64,000 bases of DNA from Azolla caroliniana (taxonomy: Eukaryota; Plantae; Polypodiophyta): assembly GCA_043228905.1 (NCBI GenBank), contig JBHGNT010000018.1, positions 7,502,001 to 7,566,000 on the forward strand. The letters are read 5' to 3'. This document shows, one piece after another, positions 63,298-64,000 of the stretch (within the stretch, counting starts at the first letter, position 1; each line of letters begins with the position of its first letter). The position numbers were made by a program, and so were the translations under genes. Under the pieces are notes generated by a model. It did not search any database. It saw nothing but the letters and a program-made list of their open reading frames with translations, and was not told the DNA's origin.

Positions 63298-64000
63298 CTT
63301 GATCGGCCACCGGCCCTTCTTGTAGAAGTCCATTGACATTAGGTTGATTTCTTATCCATGGTCGATCAACGTCACTACCAGCTCCTTCACATCCCCGATA
63401 CGAACCGGGGTCTCCATCGTCGCCCTTGCCCAGTGCGGCTTCAAGACTATCCGGAGCCTCCTCCTCCATCGCCGTCTCTCCGACGTGGGCTTCTTTTACC
63501 TCCACTGGCTTCTCCTGCTCTGCCTCTGACGAAAGCTGCTTCCTTTTCACTAGGTCCACAATGGAATCGTGGAATTTTTTCTTTGCGATTCCCAGCACCG
63601 CTTGTCATGAGAGCTCCACCTTGCTATCGAGGATCCGCTCTTCCAGGATCTTCTGCAATCCGTTGTCCTCTCTATCTTCGAGCTCAGTCAGAAGCTCGGA
63701 ATCTTTGCCTTCCCCTATGGGCTAACTGGGCCTCCGTCATTCTTTTTCGGCCCACTCCAGGTCTCATACTGGTTCGAGGGACCAGCCTCTTCGGCTCGTT
63801 TGTCCTCGACCAAAACCTCATAATCTGGCATGCGGCTTCTACGAAGCCGGTTTTCTATTCAACTGGATTGTTCCATCCGGTGCCTTCCTGGACCTGCCTC
63901 TCCGCGCGGTCCACCTCTACCTTCTATAGCCTCAACCCCGACATGCCTTCTACAATTATCCTCTTCATGCTTTCTAGTTCCGGGCAACGGTTTCTTCCAT
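63298..64000 (-). pseudogene. Fragment of a Gypsy gag-protease region, running off the window
   Basis: Minus strand reads VTLIDHG*EINLMSMDFYKKGRWPI (aspartic protease DHGSE motif with a nonsense codon); the upstream charged linker resembles a gag-PR spacer. Confidence 0.6.

Overview
Eukaryotic land-plant genomic DNA; a non-seed plant such as a bryophyte is my guess from the retroelement types, not established. The left half is gene-bearing: an intronless membrane-anchored SAM methyltransferase, a 3-exon RBM18-like RRM gene, an initiator tRNA-Met gene and an 11-exon trehalose-6-phosphate phosphatase, plus a decayed LINE split by a Ty3/Gypsy insertion. From about 31.6 kb onward it is almost entirely nested LTR retrotransposons. 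Two structures stand out. (1) The 7.35-kb Gypsy element at 7212-14562 has INVERTED rather than direct LTR ends, yet sits in a clean 5-bp target-site duplication (TSD). (2) Two pol-less, gag-only, tRNA-Trp-primed LTR elements with dissimilar LTR bodies inserted into the same Copia host at the same hexamer TACGCG, each making a 4-bp ACGC TSD; one carries a tRNA-like Pol III A/B-box cassette in both LTRs. All calls are by eye; no database searches were run.
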